From IMG/VR virus record IMGVR_UViG_3300014963_000512: DNA of 28,035 nucleotides. The stretch is one strand, 5' to 3'. The notes under the pieces were generated by a model. The model saw only the letters and a program-made list of their open reading frames with translations. It ran no database searches and was not told where the DNA came from. Made by a program: the position numbers and the translations under genes. Within the stretch, counting starts at the first letter, position 1; every line of letters starts with the position of its first letter. Positions 8,241 through 17,612 of the stretch are shown in pieces. This DNA comes from a virus. Taxonomy: Duplodnaviria; Heunggongvirae; Uroviricota; Caudoviricetes.

Positions 8241-10004
8241 ATGACCGGAAATCTCTGGCTACTGCTGGCGGCGGGCGGTGCGGTGGTGGCGGTGTTCGTC
8301 GCGCTGTCGCTGCTGGCGGATAACTATAATCTTAACAACATCAAATCCAGAACCGTAGGCGATGGCCAGCACGGCACAGCCCGCTGGGCCACGGAGCAGG
8401 AGATCCGCAGCAGCTATGCACTGGTGCCGTTTCGAGTAGCCGACTGGCGGGCGGGTAAAAACCTGCCGGAAGCGCAAGGCTTGGTGCTGGGCAGCCGCAG
8501 CGGAAGAAAAGACGGCATCACGGCACTGGTGGACAACGACGACATCCACTGCCTCATGATCGGTGCATCTGGCGTAGGCAAGACCGCCTACTTTCTATAT
8601 CCCAACTTGGAGTACGCCTGCGCCTGCGGCATGAGTTGTTTCATTTCGGATACCAAAGGGGATCTGGCCCGCAACTACGGCACGATAGCTGCAAAATGCT
8701 ACGGCTACCATGTGGCCGTGGTGGACTTGCGGAATCCTACACGGTCAGATGGATATAATCTTATGACGCTTATCAACCACTACATGGACAAGGCTCGTGC
8801 TAGCAGCGATATATCCGCCCGCGCCAGAGCGGAGAAGTACATCAAAATACTGGCTAAGACCATCGTCTCGCCAAAAGGCAGCGAGGACTATGGCCAGAAC
8901 GCCTATTTCTACGAAGCGGCGGAGGGCCTGCTGACATCGGTGATCCTGCTGTTGGCGGAATTCCTGCCGCCGGACAGCAGCCATCCCACAGAGCGGCGGC
9001 ACATCGTCTCCGTATTCAAACTGGTGCAGGAACTGCTGGCACCCTCCAACGCACGGGGAAAGAACTGGTTTCATGTGCTGATGGACAAGCTGCCCGATGC
9101 ACATAAGGCCAGATGGTTTGCCGGGGCAGCGCTGAGCACCTCCGAGCAGGCCATGGCTTCCGTCATGTCCACGGTGCTGTCCCGGTTAAATGCTTTTCTC
9201 GATTCTGAGCTAGAGCAGGTCTTGTGCTTTGACAGCTCCATCAATGCCGAACAGTTCGTATCGGAGAAGTCGCTGATCTTCCTGATTCTTCCGGAAGAAG
9301 ATACCAGCAAAAACTTCATGGCCGGACTGATGATTCAGACATTGTCGCGGGAGCTGTTTATGATAGCGGATGAAAATAATGGCCGTTTGCCTAAGCGCGT
9401 GATGTTCTATTGCGACGAGCTGGGAACCATGCCTGCTTTCGACATCCTGCCATTGTTCAGCGCGGGCCGCTCCCGTGGCTTGACTATGGTGCCGATCATC
9501 CAATCACTGGCGCAGTTAGAGAAAAATTACGGCAAGGAGGGCGCGGAAATACTGACCGACAACTGTCAGGATACTATCTTCGGTGGATTCGCGCCCAATA
9601 GCCAGACGGCGGAAAAGCTCTCGAAGGCACTGGGCAGCCGCACGGTACTGAGCGGCTCTGTCAGCAAGGGAAAGAACGATCCCAGCCAGAGTCTGCAAAT
9701 GATAGAGCGGCCCTTGATGACACCGGATGAACTGAAGTCGCTGCCAAAAGGTACCTTCGTGGTGATGAAAACGGGAGTACATCCTATGCAGACAAAGCTG
9801 AGGCTGTTCCTTGATTGGGGTATTACTTTCGGTGAGCCGTATACCACTCCGGAACACGCCGCGCGAAAGGTGGCCTATGCCAACAGAGCAGACTTGTTTC
9901 AAAGTGTAGCAAAGGCGTTTTCAAAGGATGGCGTACTGCCGTATTCCACCAACCAGACAAGCGGCAAAAAAGCCGCCGGGAGTTATGATGAGGAGAATTT
10001 ATGA
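8241..10004 (+). CDS. virD4: VirD4/TraG-like type IV coupling protein
   Basis: N-terminal TM, HGTARWA, Walker A GASGVGKT, DTKGDL, Walker B FYCDELG, QSLAQLEKNYG and RPLMTPDEL. Confidence 0.93.
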   Translation: MTGNLWLLLAAGGAVVAVFVALSLLADNYNLNNIKSRTVGDGQHGTARWATEQEIRSSYALVPFRVADWRAGKNLPEAQGLVLGSRSGRKDGITALVDNDDIHCLMIGASGVGKTAYFLYPNLEYACACGMSCFISDTKGDLARNYGTIAAKCYGYHVAVVDLRNPTRSDGYNLMTLINHYMDKARASSDISARARAEKYIKILAKTIVSPKGSEDYGQNAYFYEAAEGLLTSVILLLAEFLPPDSSHPTERRHIVSVFKLVQELLAPSNARGKNWFHVLMDKLPDAHKARWFAGAALSTSEQAMASVMSTVLSRLNAFLDSELEQVLCFDSSINAEQFVSEKSLIFLILPEEDTSKNFMAGLMIQTLSRELFMIADENNGRLPKRVMFYCDELGTMPAFDILPLFSAGRSRGLTMVPIIQSLAQLEKNYGKEGAEILTDNCQDTIFGGFAPNSQTAEKLSKALGSRTVLSGSVSKGKNDPSQSLQMIERPLMTPDELKSLPKGTFVVMKTGVHPMQTKLRLFLDWGITFGEPYTTPEHAARKVAYANRADLFQSVAKAFSKDGVLPYSTNQTSGKKAAGSYDEENL

Positions 10005-10258
10005 GTTATTTTGATACCATTTACGCTGACCACCTGCTGCCCCACAGGGCGCGGACGGTCTATATGTATCTGCGGGATCGGGGCGATGCCCAGCAAAAAT
10101 GCTGGCCCAGCATCAAGACCATTGCGGCAGACCTGCACCTCTCCCGCAGCACGGTCAAGCGGGCGTTGGATGAGCTGGAGCAGCACGGTTATCTGGAGCG
10201 TCTGCCGCGCTACCGCCCTAACGGCAGCAGCACCTCCAATCTCTATACAGTACGATAA
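10001..10258 (+). CDS. Small winged-HTH protein (HTH_36-like, replication-initiator N-terminal type)
   Basis: VYMYL...CWPSIKTIAADLHLSRSTVKRALDELEQHGYL...SNLY. ATGA overlap with the T4CP gene. Confidence 0.85.
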   Translation: MSYFDTIYADHLLPHRARTVYMYLRDRGDAQQKCWPSIKTIAADLHLSRSTVKRALDELEQHGYLERLPRYRPNGSSTSNLYTVR

Positions 10259-10296
10259 AAACAGGCACAGCCGCTAAGGGGCGACTGCGCCTGTTT
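10259..10296 (+). terminator. Terminator-like hairpin
   Basis: AAACAGGCACAG-CCGC...GCGA-CTGCGCCTGTTT, an imperfect stem directly after the stop. Confidence 0.55.
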
Positions 10297-10398
10297 GCTG
10301 AACCGAGGAGGGGTTCATGATGAACCACCCAGAAGGACTCACTCTATCGGAGGGATTAGTGCAGAGAAAAGAAATAATATTAGAACAGACATTAGCGG

Positions 10399-11730
10399 TT
10401 ACTGTTCAAGGGGAAACCGAATGATGTGATGGAATTGCTTTGTACCGGCATCGTAGTACATTGTCTCCAGTCCGTTGTATTGCTTAACGATGCGGGCAAT
10501 GCTCCGCAGGCCAACGCCGTGATGTTGGGGGTCAGCTTTCCGGGTAAGAAAGCCGCTGCCTCCATCGGGAACCGGAGGCACATCGCAGGAATTTACCACC
10601 GATACCAGCAGCGCATCGTGCTGTTTGGTAACAGACAGTTCAATCGACCGATTCTGTGACACGGATGCTGCTTCCAGCGCATTGGACAGGAGGTTGCCGT
10701 ACAGCGTCGTCACGCCGGGTGCATCCATATGACCGGAAGCGCCATCCCGAACATCACACAGGAACTGAACATCGTGTTCCATGCAATTTTTAGAAAAGCG
10801 CAGCAAAATCGCATTCATTACAGGGTCACTGCACATTTTGGCCTGTTGAGGCGGCAAAAGAGAAGATTCCAATTTGGTAATATATTCCACGACCTGTGCA
10901 TCCTGTCCGGCATCCGCAAGGCTTTCGATTGTATGAAGATGATTTTTTATATCATGGATCAAAATGCGCTGCTGATCGAATTGTTCCTGCAACGCCAGAT
11001 AATAAGCCGCTTCGGCGGCTCCTTGCTGGAGGGCAAGTTGGGTCTCCAAATGTTCCTGGCCAGCCTTTTGTAAATAACCATATACGACCAAGAAAAGCAG
11101 ATTTGCCAGCAGCAGGGCAAAAACGTTGATGGTCGACAGAAGGGCGGCGGTGTGAACAGAGGTGTTGTGGGTCGAAAGCCAGATGATACCCATTCCCATC
11201 ATAACAGAGAAAAGAGGGATGCAGCACAACGAGGCCATCAGTCGGGATTCCTGTCCTGTACCCTGCCGAGAAAGGACTCTTGCTCCCAGCATAGCCAGCA
11301 ACAGATAAAGCAGGCGGCTGCCGATCTGTAAGGCAAACTCCGTGCTGAACGTATAGGTGTCTCTGGCCGCGTAAATGGCGGAGGCCTGACTGGAGAGCGC
11401 CAGCAGAAGTGAACCCAGAATGTCCGGCAGCGTCATGATAAAGCTGAGATAGGCACTGTGCAGAATGGCCGCTCTGGCGGAGCAGCGGTAGTTCAGCAGG
11501 AGAAGTCCGGTATTCAAGGCGAAAAACGCTGCTGCCGTGACTGCCGTTATTTGCAGAAGAGACAACAGGCATAGCACAAGATAACCGCCCGCGAAAGAAG
11601 CAGACAGCACCACACGGGTGCTTTTTCGCGGCAGGAGCCGTTCGGTGTATAGCCAACTGATCCACGCCTCCAACAGATAGGCAAGCGCATAACACATACC
11701 GTGCAATCCCTGATAGACGAGATCATTCAT
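10399..11730 (-). CDS. Membrane sensor histidine kinase (AgrC/VirS-like, GHKL HATPase)
   Basis: Multi-TM N-terminus, H-box HDIKNHL, N-box GNLLSNALEA and G-box HGVGLRSI. Confidence 0.92.
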   Translation of the reverse strand: MNDLVYQGLHGMCYALAYLLEAWISWLYTERLLPRKSTRVVLSASFAGGYLVLCLLSLLQITAVTAAAFFALNTGLLLLNYRCSARAAILHSAYLSFIMTLPDILGSLLLALSSQASAIYAARDTYTFSTEFALQIGSRLLYLLLAMLGARVLSRQGTGQESRLMASLCCIPLFSVMMGMGIIWLSTHNTSVHTAALLSTINVFALLLANLLFLVVYGYLQKAGQEHLETQLALQQGAAEAAYYLALQEQFDQQRILIHDIKNHLHTIESLADAGQDAQVVEYITKLESSLLPPQQAKMCSDPVMNAILLRFSKNCMEHDVQFLCDVRDGASGHMDAPGVTTLYGNLLSNALEAASVSQNRSIELSVTKQHDALLVSVVNSCDVPPVPDGGSGFLTRKADPQHHGVGLRSIARIVKQYNGLETMYYDAGTKQFHHIIRFPLEQ

Positions 11731-12440
11731 CGCGTGCTCTCCAAATACATGAGATAGGTGTCTTTGAAATGTGTGTAGCGGCGGCGGGTCAGAAATGCCC
11801 GGATTTGCTGCTCACCACACTTCAAAATGACGACATCTTTTTCGATGGCGCTGACAAACCTCATATTGACAATAAAGCTCCGGTGGGACACATAAAAGCA
11901 AGGCAATGTCAGCATCTGCCGCCAGTGCTCAATTCCATCTGTGCTGAGCAGATCGCCTGTAGTCGTATGCAGCAGCGATTTGCGCTGAGTCGCCTCTACG
12001 CAGATGATCTCTTCTGCCCTTCGCACGACGATACCCTCGGCGGTGAGAACGGAAAATTCCCGTGTTTCCATGTTGTATTGGTATAACGCGTCCTTCAGGT
12101 TTCTCAAGAGACGGTCTTTTTCAATCGGCTTGGAGAGGTAGCGGAATACCTGAAAGCGCATGGCGTCATCCAGATAATCCGGATAAGAAGTGACCATGAA
12201 GATCTTCACATGAGGACTGCGTGCCTTTAGGGCCGCACCAACGGAGATGCCGTTTTGCCCCGGCATTTCCACGTCCAGAAACGCAAGATCTACACGCTGC
12301 TCCTGCTGAAGTAATTCGTCGCCGGAGGTATAAGCAGCCATTTCCGGCTGTATGCCGCCTATACTGCGGAAGTACTCAGATATGTAAGCTGTCAGCTGCG
12401 CCGTGATCCGGGAATCATCGTCGCAAAAAACGACCCGCAT
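11727..12440 (-). CDS. LytTR-family response regulator
   Basis: MRVVFCDDD, FLDVEMP phospho-Asp, YLSKPI and LytTR motif SHRSFIVNM. ATG 12440 follows GGGGGAG. The upstream extension to 12848 is unlikely. Confidence 0.92.
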   Translation of the reverse strand: MRVVFCDDDSRITAQLTAYISEYFRSIGGIQPEMAAYTSGDELLQQEQRVDLAFLDVEMPGQNGISVGAALKARSPHVKIFMVTSYPDYLDDAMRFQVFRYLSKPIEKDRLLRNLKDALYQYNMETREFSVLTAEGIVVRRAEEIICVEATQRKSLLHTTTGDLLSTDGIEHWRQMLTLPCFYVSHRSFIVNMRFVSAIEKDVVILKCGEQQIRAFLTRRRYTHFKDTYLMYLESTR

Positions 12441-12464
12441 GGCTACTCCCCCCTTTTCATTTGG

Positions 12465-12574
12465 ATTATAACATGCACGTGGAAATTTGTCATGAACCTC
12501 TGCGGGCCAAACGTGTCGCTTTTTTGTCGTTTCGCGTAAAACCTCTTGTATCCGGAGCCGAGGTACGCTACCAT
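12465..12574. promoter_or_regulatory. Divergent sigma-A promoters with candidate regulator-binding direct repeats between them
   Basis: Minus strand: ATGACA (12493-12488) N17 TATAAT (12470-12465) with TG extension. Plus strand: TTGTAT (12546-12551) N17 TACCAT (12569-12574). TGTCG(C/T)TT repeats at 12514 and 12525. Confidence 0.6.
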
Positions 12575-12626
12575 GAGATGCGTGGACACCGGTGACAGAA
12601 AGAAAGCAGAAAAGGAGAATCTTGCG

Positions 12627-13532
12627 ATGAAGGGAACGGGGAAATGGCGCGGCGTTATGTGCATGGCGATATGCAGCATCTTGCTGCTGACAGCCTGTGG
12701 CACGACACCACAGCAGCTTCCCAATACGCCCACAGGCACTATAGATGCGATGCCGGGTAATATTGGAGAAGAAGATGTCAGTTCCGGTTATTTTCAGGAA
12801 GCGTTTCGGCGCGGAGAGGACGCCGTTTTGAAAAAAACATCGAGCCAATTGGTGTTTTTTGACGTACCGCGCAAAAGCGGACGCCTGCTATACACGCTGA
12901 CAAACCCAAGACTGGTCAGCAGTACGCAGGAGCTGCCCGTACAGGATGCTTTCCTCGACAGCGGCTGGATGCCGATCGATGAAGTGGAAGGAATGCCTTA
13001 CACCGAGGATCGAGAGGACTATCGATATCCGGACTTTATTTACCCGGACGGACGCTTTGTAACGGGCGCGTACTACCTGCTGATCGATGTTTCGGCAGAG
13101 AGTGATGGTGCGGAAGAATACACGGCCGCAGAGTTAGATGAAGGTGGTTTTTCGCTGGGCCAATTTGACGACCCCTATATTTTCAGTATGCCATATATCC
13201 TTCTTGGAAACGACTTTGACTACGTGGAGGCAATTTGGAAAGAGAACGGGGATGGGACGTTTGTTTTACAGAACCCTGATGAATACACCGAAGCGGTAGG
13301 TGTCAGCTACTTTTCGCAAAAGGGAGAAGCATTGCAAGACTCCCAAAAGGAAGCCTACTACCGATTGGAGCCGGGACAAACCTTGACCTTTACGATCGGC
13401 TTTGCGGTATCGGAAAAGAGCCATGGCGGATGGTTTGATATGAACGGCTTTTCTTTATATAATATCATGGATGCCGGCGGGCGTCTTTGCGGAATGAAAT
13501 TCAATGACGATGGAACGCTTTACTTTGCCTGA
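12627..13532 (+). CDS. Acidic lipoprotein, paralog 1
   Basis: AAAGGAG RBS, signal peptide with lipobox LLLTA-C. Shares motifs with the next two ORFs. Confidence 0.85.
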   Translation: MKGTGKWRGVMCMAICSILLLTACGTTPQQLPNTPTGTIDAMPGNIGEEDVSSGYFQEAFRRGEDAVLKKTSSQLVFFDVPRKSGRLLYTLTNPRLVSSTQELPVQDAFLDSGWMPIDEVEGMPYTEDREDYRYPDFIYPDGRFVTGAYYLLIDVSAESDGAEEYTAAELDEGGFSLGQFDDPYIFSMPYILLGNDFDYVEAIWKENGDGTFVLQNPDEYTEAVGVSYFSQKGEALQDSQKEAYYRLEPGQTLTFTIGFAVSEKSHGGWFDMNGFSLYNIMDAGGRLCGMKFNDDGTLYFA

Positions 13533-13547
13533 CAGGAGGAAACAAAT

Positions 13548-14465
13548 ATGGTTAACTGGAAAAGAACTGTGCTGGCGGTATTGCTGGCGTTGTGTATGAG
13601 CCTGCTGCTGACAGCCTGCGGCACAGAACCGCAGCAGGAAAACCCGAATGCGCCGGTGGACGCGACGAACGAACTTCCTGACGATGCGGGTATGGATACG
13701 GATGCCTATTTTGACTACTTTTACGAAATGTTTCAAGAAGGGGAAAACGCTGTGTTGGAAAAGACAGCGGAGCATCTGAAGTTTTTTGAGGTCGCGCATA
13801 AGGGTGGAAGACTGATTTTTACGCTGACAAATCCCCGGATCATCAGCAGCACGCAAGAGCTCCCTGTACAGGAAAAATTTATTGACGGTACGATGGCGGT
13901 TGACGAGGTGGAGGGGATGCCCTACACACCGGATCGGGGAGGGCAATATAAGTATCCGGATTTTGTTTATCCGGACGGCCATTTTGTAGCGGGCGCTCAC
14001 TACCTGCTGATCGACGTATTGGTGGAGAGCGATCAGGCGGAGAACTACACATCCGCGGATGTAAGTCCGCAGGGATACACGCTGGGCGAATACAGCGACC
14101 CCTACATTTTCCCCATGCCGGGTCTGTTTCTGGGCAACAGATTTGATTACGAGGCGGAGGACTGGAAGGAACCTTCGGCGGTGGACGGTGAGTGGATCCT
14201 GCAAAACCCCGATACGTGTACATTCGTCATCAATGCTGACTATTTCTCACGATTGAGAGAGCTGAGCGACGATCCCCACCTGGCTACCGATTACCGGTTG
14301 GAGCCGGGGGAAACGCTGTCCTTCACGCTGGGCTATCCGGTAACAGAGAAAGCCCACGGCGGATTATTTGATATGAAAGCAATGTCCCTGTATAACGTCA
14401 AAGGAACTACCGGACGTCTCTGCGGCCTGACGATTAACGACGATGGGACGCTGCAATTTTCCTGA
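13548..14465 (+). CDS. Acidic lipoprotein, paralog 2
   Basis: AGGAGG RBS, lipobox LLLTA-C, and DEVEGMPYT..YPDFVYPDGHFV. Confidence 0.87.
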   Translation: MVNWKRTVLAVLLALCMSLLLTACGTEPQQENPNAPVDATNELPDDAGMDTDAYFDYFYEMFQEGENAVLEKTAEHLKFFEVAHKGGRLIFTLTNPRIISSTQELPVQEKFIDGTMAVDEVEGMPYTPDRGGQYKYPDFVYPDGHFVAGAHYLLIDVLVESDQAENYTSADVSPQGYTLGEYSDPYIFPMPGLFLGNRFDYEAEDWKEPSAVDGEWILQNPDTCTFVINADYFSRLRELSDDPHLATDYRLEPGETLSFTLGYPVTEKAHGGLFDMKAMSLYNVKGTTGRLCGLTINDDGTLQFS

Positions 14466-14483
14466 TAGGGGGATCGGACAGCC

Positions 14484-15368
14484 ATGAAAAGAACCACGAG
14501 CATTTATCTGGCGGCGGCAATAGCCGCGAGTATGCTGCTGACAGCCTGCGGTTCAGCGCGGACACCGGGTGCCTCAGAGCAAGATCTGGCTGTGCCGCAG
14601 GATGACGTGGCCGCGGCGCTGAGCGAAGGCTATAGAGAGCCGTTGATCGGCGCGGACGCGGTGATAGAAAAAACGGCTGACCATCTTACATTTGCCGTGC
14701 TGCCGTCCAAAGGCGGGCAGCTGATCTATACCCTTTCCCATCCGCAGCTGGTTGACAACAACCTAGAGTTTGCGGGAAACGGGATCATTGATGGCAGCGT
14801 TGAGGTCGACGAAGCGGAGGGAATGCCTTATACCGAGGGATGGAATGGCTATCGTTATCCGGATTTTGTCTACCCGGACGGTCATTTTGTGAAAGGCGTT
14901 CATTATTTGCTAATCGATGTATCCGTGGAGAGTAACGACGCGGAAGCCTATACCTCAAGCGAGCTGGATAACGAAGGATACCCGTTGGGCGTTTTTGATG
15001 ACCCTTATGCGTTTTCCCCTCCGGCGCTTACGTTGGGAAATACACCGGACTTTGTGCCGGAACAGGTGGCGGAGATCGCGGCGGATTCCCAATGGCGTGT
15101 CGTCAATCCGGACGAGTGCACGCGTATGGTAGCGATCGACTATTTCTCGCGGCGCGGCGAACTGTCTGACGATCCCAACGAAGCCCTGTTTTTCAAAGTA
15201 ACGCCGGGAGAGACGTTGTCATTTACCATCGGTTTTCCGGTAACAGACCGGGCGTCCGGCGGTGTGTTCGACGGGAATGTAATGTCGCTGTACAACATCT
15301 GGAGTACGGATGGAAGCGGAAAGCTCTGCGGGATAACGGTGGAAGGAAATGAAGTACAATTCACTTAA
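14484..15368 (+). CDS. Acidic lipoprotein, paralog 3
   Basis: Lipobox MLLTA-C and DEAEGMPYT..YPDFVYPDGHFV. Confidence 0.87.
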   Translation: MKRTTSIYLAAAIAASMLLTACGSARTPGASEQDLAVPQDDVAAALSEGYREPLIGADAVIEKTADHLTFAVLPSKGGQLIYTLSHPQLVDNNLEFAGNGIIDGSVEVDEAEGMPYTEGWNGYRYPDFVYPDGHFVKGVHYLLIDVSVESNDAEAYTSSELDNEGYPLGVFDDPYAFSPPALTLGNTPDFVPEQVAEIAADSQWRVVNPDECTRMVAIDYFSRRGELSDDPNEALFFKVTPGETLSFTIGFPVTDRASGGVFDGNVMSLYNIWSTDGSGKLCGITVEGNEVQFT

Positions 15369-16173
15369 AACAGAATTACAGAAAGCTCTTCATAACCGCT
15401 GGTTTTTCGCCGCTCTGGCCATTGGCCTGCTGCTGTCTGCGGTCAATATAGGAGAGAATCTGGCGCTCATTGCGGAAATGGGAGAGCATCGGGGGCGGAT
15501 GTCTGCCTCGCTGTTCTGCTATTGGCTGGGGATTACCCCCGGCACAGCAAAGGGTGTGTTCTACACCATCTGGCCGCTGCTTGCGGCACTGCCCTACGGC
15601 TGGTCTTACATACAGGAACGGACGTCCGGCGTCCACGATCAGATCGTATACCGCGTGGGACGAAAGAAGTATTTTTTCGCCAAATATCTGGCGGTGTTTG
15701 TCAGCGGCGGTCTGGCGCTGATGACGCCTCTGTTGTTTGACCTTCTGGCCAATGCGTTGGTTTGCACCTATTGGGTGCCGAACGTTACGTATTATTTGAC
15801 GCTGGTTTTTGACGGACACTTTCTGTCCACGCTGTATTACACGCAGCCGTGGCTCTATGCGCTGCTTTGGTGCGGCATGACGTTCCTGTGGGGCGGAGCG
15901 GCGGCGTGTCTGTGTCTGACCGTCGGCACATGGCCGAAGCTGCGCTCTGTGGTAACGATCCTGCCGTTTATTGTTTTGATGGCCGTAGATGGCGTGATCG
16001 CGGTGCTGCCCGCTTACGCAAAGGGAAAGCTGGAGCTTTCGCCCATGCTGCTGGTGCGGTGTGCGCCGCCGCACATGAATCCAGGCTGGCTGGAATTTCT
16101 GGCACTTAGTGTACTGACACTCTTTTCGCTGGCGCTGGGTTATTGGCAGGTGGTGAAGCATGAGTTGGCATAG
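15349..16173 (+). CDS. ABC transporter permease-like membrane protein
   Basis: About 6 hydrophobic segments and the WPLLAALPYGWSY..ER.SG....YR.GRKKYFFAK motif. In an operon with an ABC ATPase. Confidence 0.8.
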   Translation: MKYNSLKTELQKALHNRWFFAALAIGLLLSAVNIGENLALIAEMGEHRGRMSASLFCYWLGITPGTAKGVFYTIWPLLAALPYGWSYIQERTSGVHDQIVYRVGRKKYFFAKYLAVFVSGGLALMTPLLFDLLANALVCTYWVPNVTYYLTLVFDGHFLSTLYYTQPWLYALLWCGMTFLWGGAAACLCLTVGTWPKLRSVVTILPFIVLMAVDGVIAVLPAYAKGKLELSPMLLVRCAPPHMNPGWLEFLALSVLTLFSLALGYWQVVKHELA

Positions 16174-16966
16174 GCTTCTGCAGCATGATCTGCGCTGCGG
16201 CCTGCTGCGCCCGCGCTATGCGTTGATCCCGGTGTTTTTCCTTCTGCCATGTCTGGTGCTGCTGCGGACGCTGCACACTGCCTATATGGAGGGGTCGTGG
16301 CTGTCCTATATGATGTACTGTTTTCGCGGCAAGCTCTTTATGGAGGCATTGTTCCCCGGACTGTGGTTTGTGGTGACAGGCGGGTGCCTGTACCTGAATC
16401 TGGACTATCTTCCAAAGGATCTGACGCAGACCGGAACGCAGATTATCTTGCGCTGCGGCAGCCGTGTGCGCTGGTTTCTCTCCAAATGCCTGTGGAATTT
16501 GCTCTCTTGCTGTGTGTACTCTTTTATCGCTGGTATGACAGTCGCGGCATTTACCCACCTGAGCGGGGGCAGCTTGACAGGTATTACGCGGCAAGTGCTG
16601 GAATGTGCCGTGTTTGGCTACGAAATACCGTGTGATACAACACCGCGCGAGGCATTTACAACAGCGGTACTGATACCGTTTTTCACGATAAGCGCGCTGA
16701 GCATGGTGGAAATGACGCTGTGCCTGTGGATGAAGCCGGTCATGGCCTTTATGATCTCTGTGGGTATGCTGGCCGCGGCGGTATTTGGGAAGCTGAATCA
16801 ATTCCCTTGTGTGGGTGCCGTTGCAATCCGCAGCACTGTGGCTCTGGGAGAACCGGGTTTATCCCCCGTAGCGGGAATAATGGTGGCGGGGGTAGGCTTT
16901 GTTGCCGCCGTAACGGTAGGAGTGCTTCGATTCCGACGAATGGATATACTTGGTTTGGAGGAATAG
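16160..16966 (+). CDS. ABC transporter permease-like membrane protein 2
   Basis: Multi-TM, with G.QIILRCGSRVRWFLSK and a C-terminal FRRMDIL typical of ABC-2-like permeases. Confidence 0.8.
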   Translation: MSWHRLLQHDLRCGLLRPRYALIPVFFLLPCLVLLRTLHTAYMEGSWLSYMMYCFRGKLFMEALFPGLWFVVTGGCLYLNLDYLPKDLTQTGTQIILRCGSRVRWFLSKCLWNLLSCCVYSFIAGMTVAAFTHLSGGSLTGITRQVLECAVFGYEIPCDTTPREAFTTAVLIPFFTISALSMVEMTLCLWMKPVMAFMISVGMLAAAVFGKLNQFPCVGAVAIRSTVALGEPGLSPVAGIMVAGVGFVAAVTVGVLRFRRMDILGLEE

Positions 16967-16970
16967 TGTA

Positions 16971-17612
16971 ATGGAAATCGTGATGGAACACGCAACGAAA
17001 TATATCCGCAAAGCCGCGGTCTTAACAGATATATCCTGCCATTTATATGGTGGCAGGGTCTACGGACTGCAAGGGGTCAACGGCTGCGGGAAAACCATGC
17101 TTTTGCGATTGATGGCGGGATTGATCCGCCCGACGACAGGTTCCGTTGTGTTGAATGGTAAGGAGCTGGGAAAAGCGATGGATTTTCCGCCATCGTTGGG
17201 ACTCCTGCTTGAAAATCCCGCCTTTCTCCCTTACTGTACAGGCTTGCAGAATCTGATATATCTGTCCCAGCTGAAAGGAAACGTTGGGACAGTTCAATTG
17301 CGGCAGGTCTTAGCAGATGTCGGTTTATCTGCGGATGACAAGAGATCTTTCAAGAAGTATTCTCTGGGAATGAAGCAGCGTCTCGGAATCGCGGCAGCCA
17401 TCATGGAGCAGCCGGAACTGCTGTTGCTGGATGAGCCCACGAATGCGCTGGACACAGATGGTGTGGCGCAGATCTGCCAGCTGATCCGCCGCGAACGGGA
17501 GCGAGGGGCATTGGTCGTAGTGGCAAGCCATGATGCGGCGGTGCTGCGGCAGGTGTCCGATCAGATACTCACCATATCCGGCGGTCGGTTGGAAACGGAG
17601 GCGGCGTCATGA
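16971..17612 (+). CDS. ABC transporter ATP-binding protein
   Basis: Walker A GVNGCGKT, signature YSLGMKQR, Walker B LLLLDEPT and H-loop ASH. GGAGG RBS before ATG 16971. Confidence 0.95.
   Translation: MEIVMEHATKYIRKAAVLTDISCHLYGGRVYGLQGVNGCGKTMLLRLMAGLIRPTTGSVVLNGKELGKAMDFPPSLGLLLENPAFLPYCTGLQNLIYLSQLKGNVGTVQLRQVLADVGLSADDKRSFKKYSLGMKQRLGIAAAIMEQPELLLLDEPTNALDTDGVAQICQLIRRERERGALVVVASHDAAVLRQVSDQILTISGGRLETEAAS

Noticed and set aside
12441..12848. 135-aa N-terminal extension of the LytTR regulator
   Set aside because: Overlaps the divergent promoters and the lipoprotein gene. The receiver domain begins at MRVVFCDDD.
12627..15368. Lipoprotein repeats as a DGR, shufflon or CRISPR-like array
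   Set aside because: These are whole-gene paralogs with dispersed divergence. No reverse transcriptase, invertase sites or repeat-spacer structure.
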